Source: Octopus sinensis (lineage: Eukaryota). Taken from it: a DNA stretch of 64,000 nucleotides. The stretch spans positions 88,474,001-88,538,000 of the forward strand of contig NC_043005.1 in assembly GCF_006345805.1 (NCBI RefSeq). Direction: 5' to 3'. How positions within the stretch are numbered: the first letter of the stretch is position 1; the number at the start of each line of letters is the position of its first letter. Shown one piece after another: positions 62,691 to 64,000 of this stretch. The notes beneath the pieces were generated by a model. That model was not told the origin of the DNA and made no database searches. It saw only the letters and a list, made by a program, of their open reading frames with translations. The translations under genes and the position numbers were made by a program.

Positions 62691-64000
62691 TCAATACATT
62701 TTCTAACCCTTTGGCATTAAAACCAACCATATCCAGCCAACATATTCTAGCTGTTTTATGTTTAAATGGGCTTGATCTGGCTTCTCCCACTTATCTGACA
62801 ATGTCATTCTAAAAGTCAGCAATCACTTTATCAAAACCTCAAAGCTGTGAGATAAAGCATTATTAATTCAAAAGAATGTGAATAAATATTACATTTGACA
62901 GAGGGAACACTAAAAGATTAAAATATAGGAATCTGAGAATTAAAAAATTCTAAATAATAAATGATACCTTTATAATTATTTACTGAAAAGCAATAATCTT
63001 GTCTATTATAGACACAAGGCCTGCTTGGAACTTATTTTATTGACCCCAAAAGGGTGAAAGGCAAGGTTGATGTTGGTGGAATTTGAACTCAGAACTTCAA
63101 GAGCCAGAAAAAAATCGCTGCTAACCATTTTGCTCTGGGTAGTAATGATTCTAGCATCTCATTGCCTTTCTATTGAGGCAATGACTGAGACCTTTGGCAT
63201 TATGTCATGCTTGAAAAGAAGACCCATCAAGCCTAGCAAAATCGTAGCTGTGGCAGGTACCAGTGCCATGCCCATGGCACGTAAAAAAACCCTGGTGTTG
63301 TGCAAATGGCACCTGTGCTGGTGGTACGTAAAAGCACCCATTACACTCTCGGAGTGGTTAGCATTAAGAAGGGTGTTCAGCCATAGAAAACCACACCAAA
63401 TCAGACTGGAATCTGGTACAGCCTTCCAGCATGCCAGCCTGGTCAAACCATCCAACCCATGCCAGCATGGACAATGGACGTATGATGATGATGATGATGA
63501 TTACTATTGTTTAGGCATCTTAACATAGTGAGATGACAGAACTTTTAGCATGCTGAGCAGCATTTTGTCTGACTTTATGTTCTGAGTTCAATTTCCACTG
63601 AGATTGACTTTGCATTTCATCCTTTCAGGTCAATAAAATAAGAACCGTTTGTAATCAACTTCCCCCCTCCTCTACAAAAACTGCTGGCCCTGTGTCACAC
63701 TTTGGAAACATTATTTAGGCCCCTTAAGCCAGTAAGATGGCAGAATCATTTGAGCACTGGATAAAATGATTAGTGAAATTTCTTTTGGTTCTTTATATTT
63801 GGAGTTCAAATTCCACCAAAGGCATCCTTGCTTTTCATCATTTCGAGGTCAATGAAATAGAACAGCAGTCGAGTCCTATGTCTTCCTCAGCCTGATGGTG
63901 AGTGGTAAAAATGATGCTGTGCCAGATTACATATGTGAAATGTTATGAGTTCACATCTTGCTAAGGTTGATTTTGTTTTTCATCCTTCTGGGGTGGAATT

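Noticed and set aside
62291-64000. INTS10 N-terminal exons
   Set aside because: No match to the expected first ~65 residues; the region is repeats only, so these exons lie beyond the window.

Overview
AT-rich, repeat-dense animal genomic DNA, most likely an octopus or other coleoid cephalopod (inferred from the SINE/RTE families and microsatellite style; no database was searched). The right half holds Integrator complex subunit 10 (INTS10) on the minus strand. I hand-assembled 15 coding exons from 62290 down to the stop at 33333; all 14 junctions are GT-AG and in phase, giving about 619 codons that follow human INTS10 (recalled from memory) from about residue 66 to the C-terminus. The first coding exon(s) lie beyond 64000. 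One short intron (36061-36177) has U12 (minor spliceosome) signals. The left half (1-33 kb) has two CpG-rich promoter-like islands and scattered splice signals, but no gene I can name. Introns and intergenic DNA contain RTE LINEs (one 2.6 kb copy with YADD and an embedded PHD-like finger), two SINE families, DD37D Tc1/mariner deletion derivatives, non-autonomous Helitrons, TTAA-flanked MITEs, a 2.7 kb 17-bp minisatellite and a roughly 650-nt (AAT)n tract. The most notable signal is four unrelated fold-back repeat families that each carry a minimal type-I hammerhead ribozyme (HHR) motif (CUGANGA / stem II / GAAA / palindromic stem III), as described for Penelope-like elements. Inside INTS10 every recognisable core lies antisense to the host pre-mRNA, while the sense-strand arm has lost it. 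Repeat boundaries were read by eye and are approximate (about 10-20 nt) unless a TSD or terminus is quoted.
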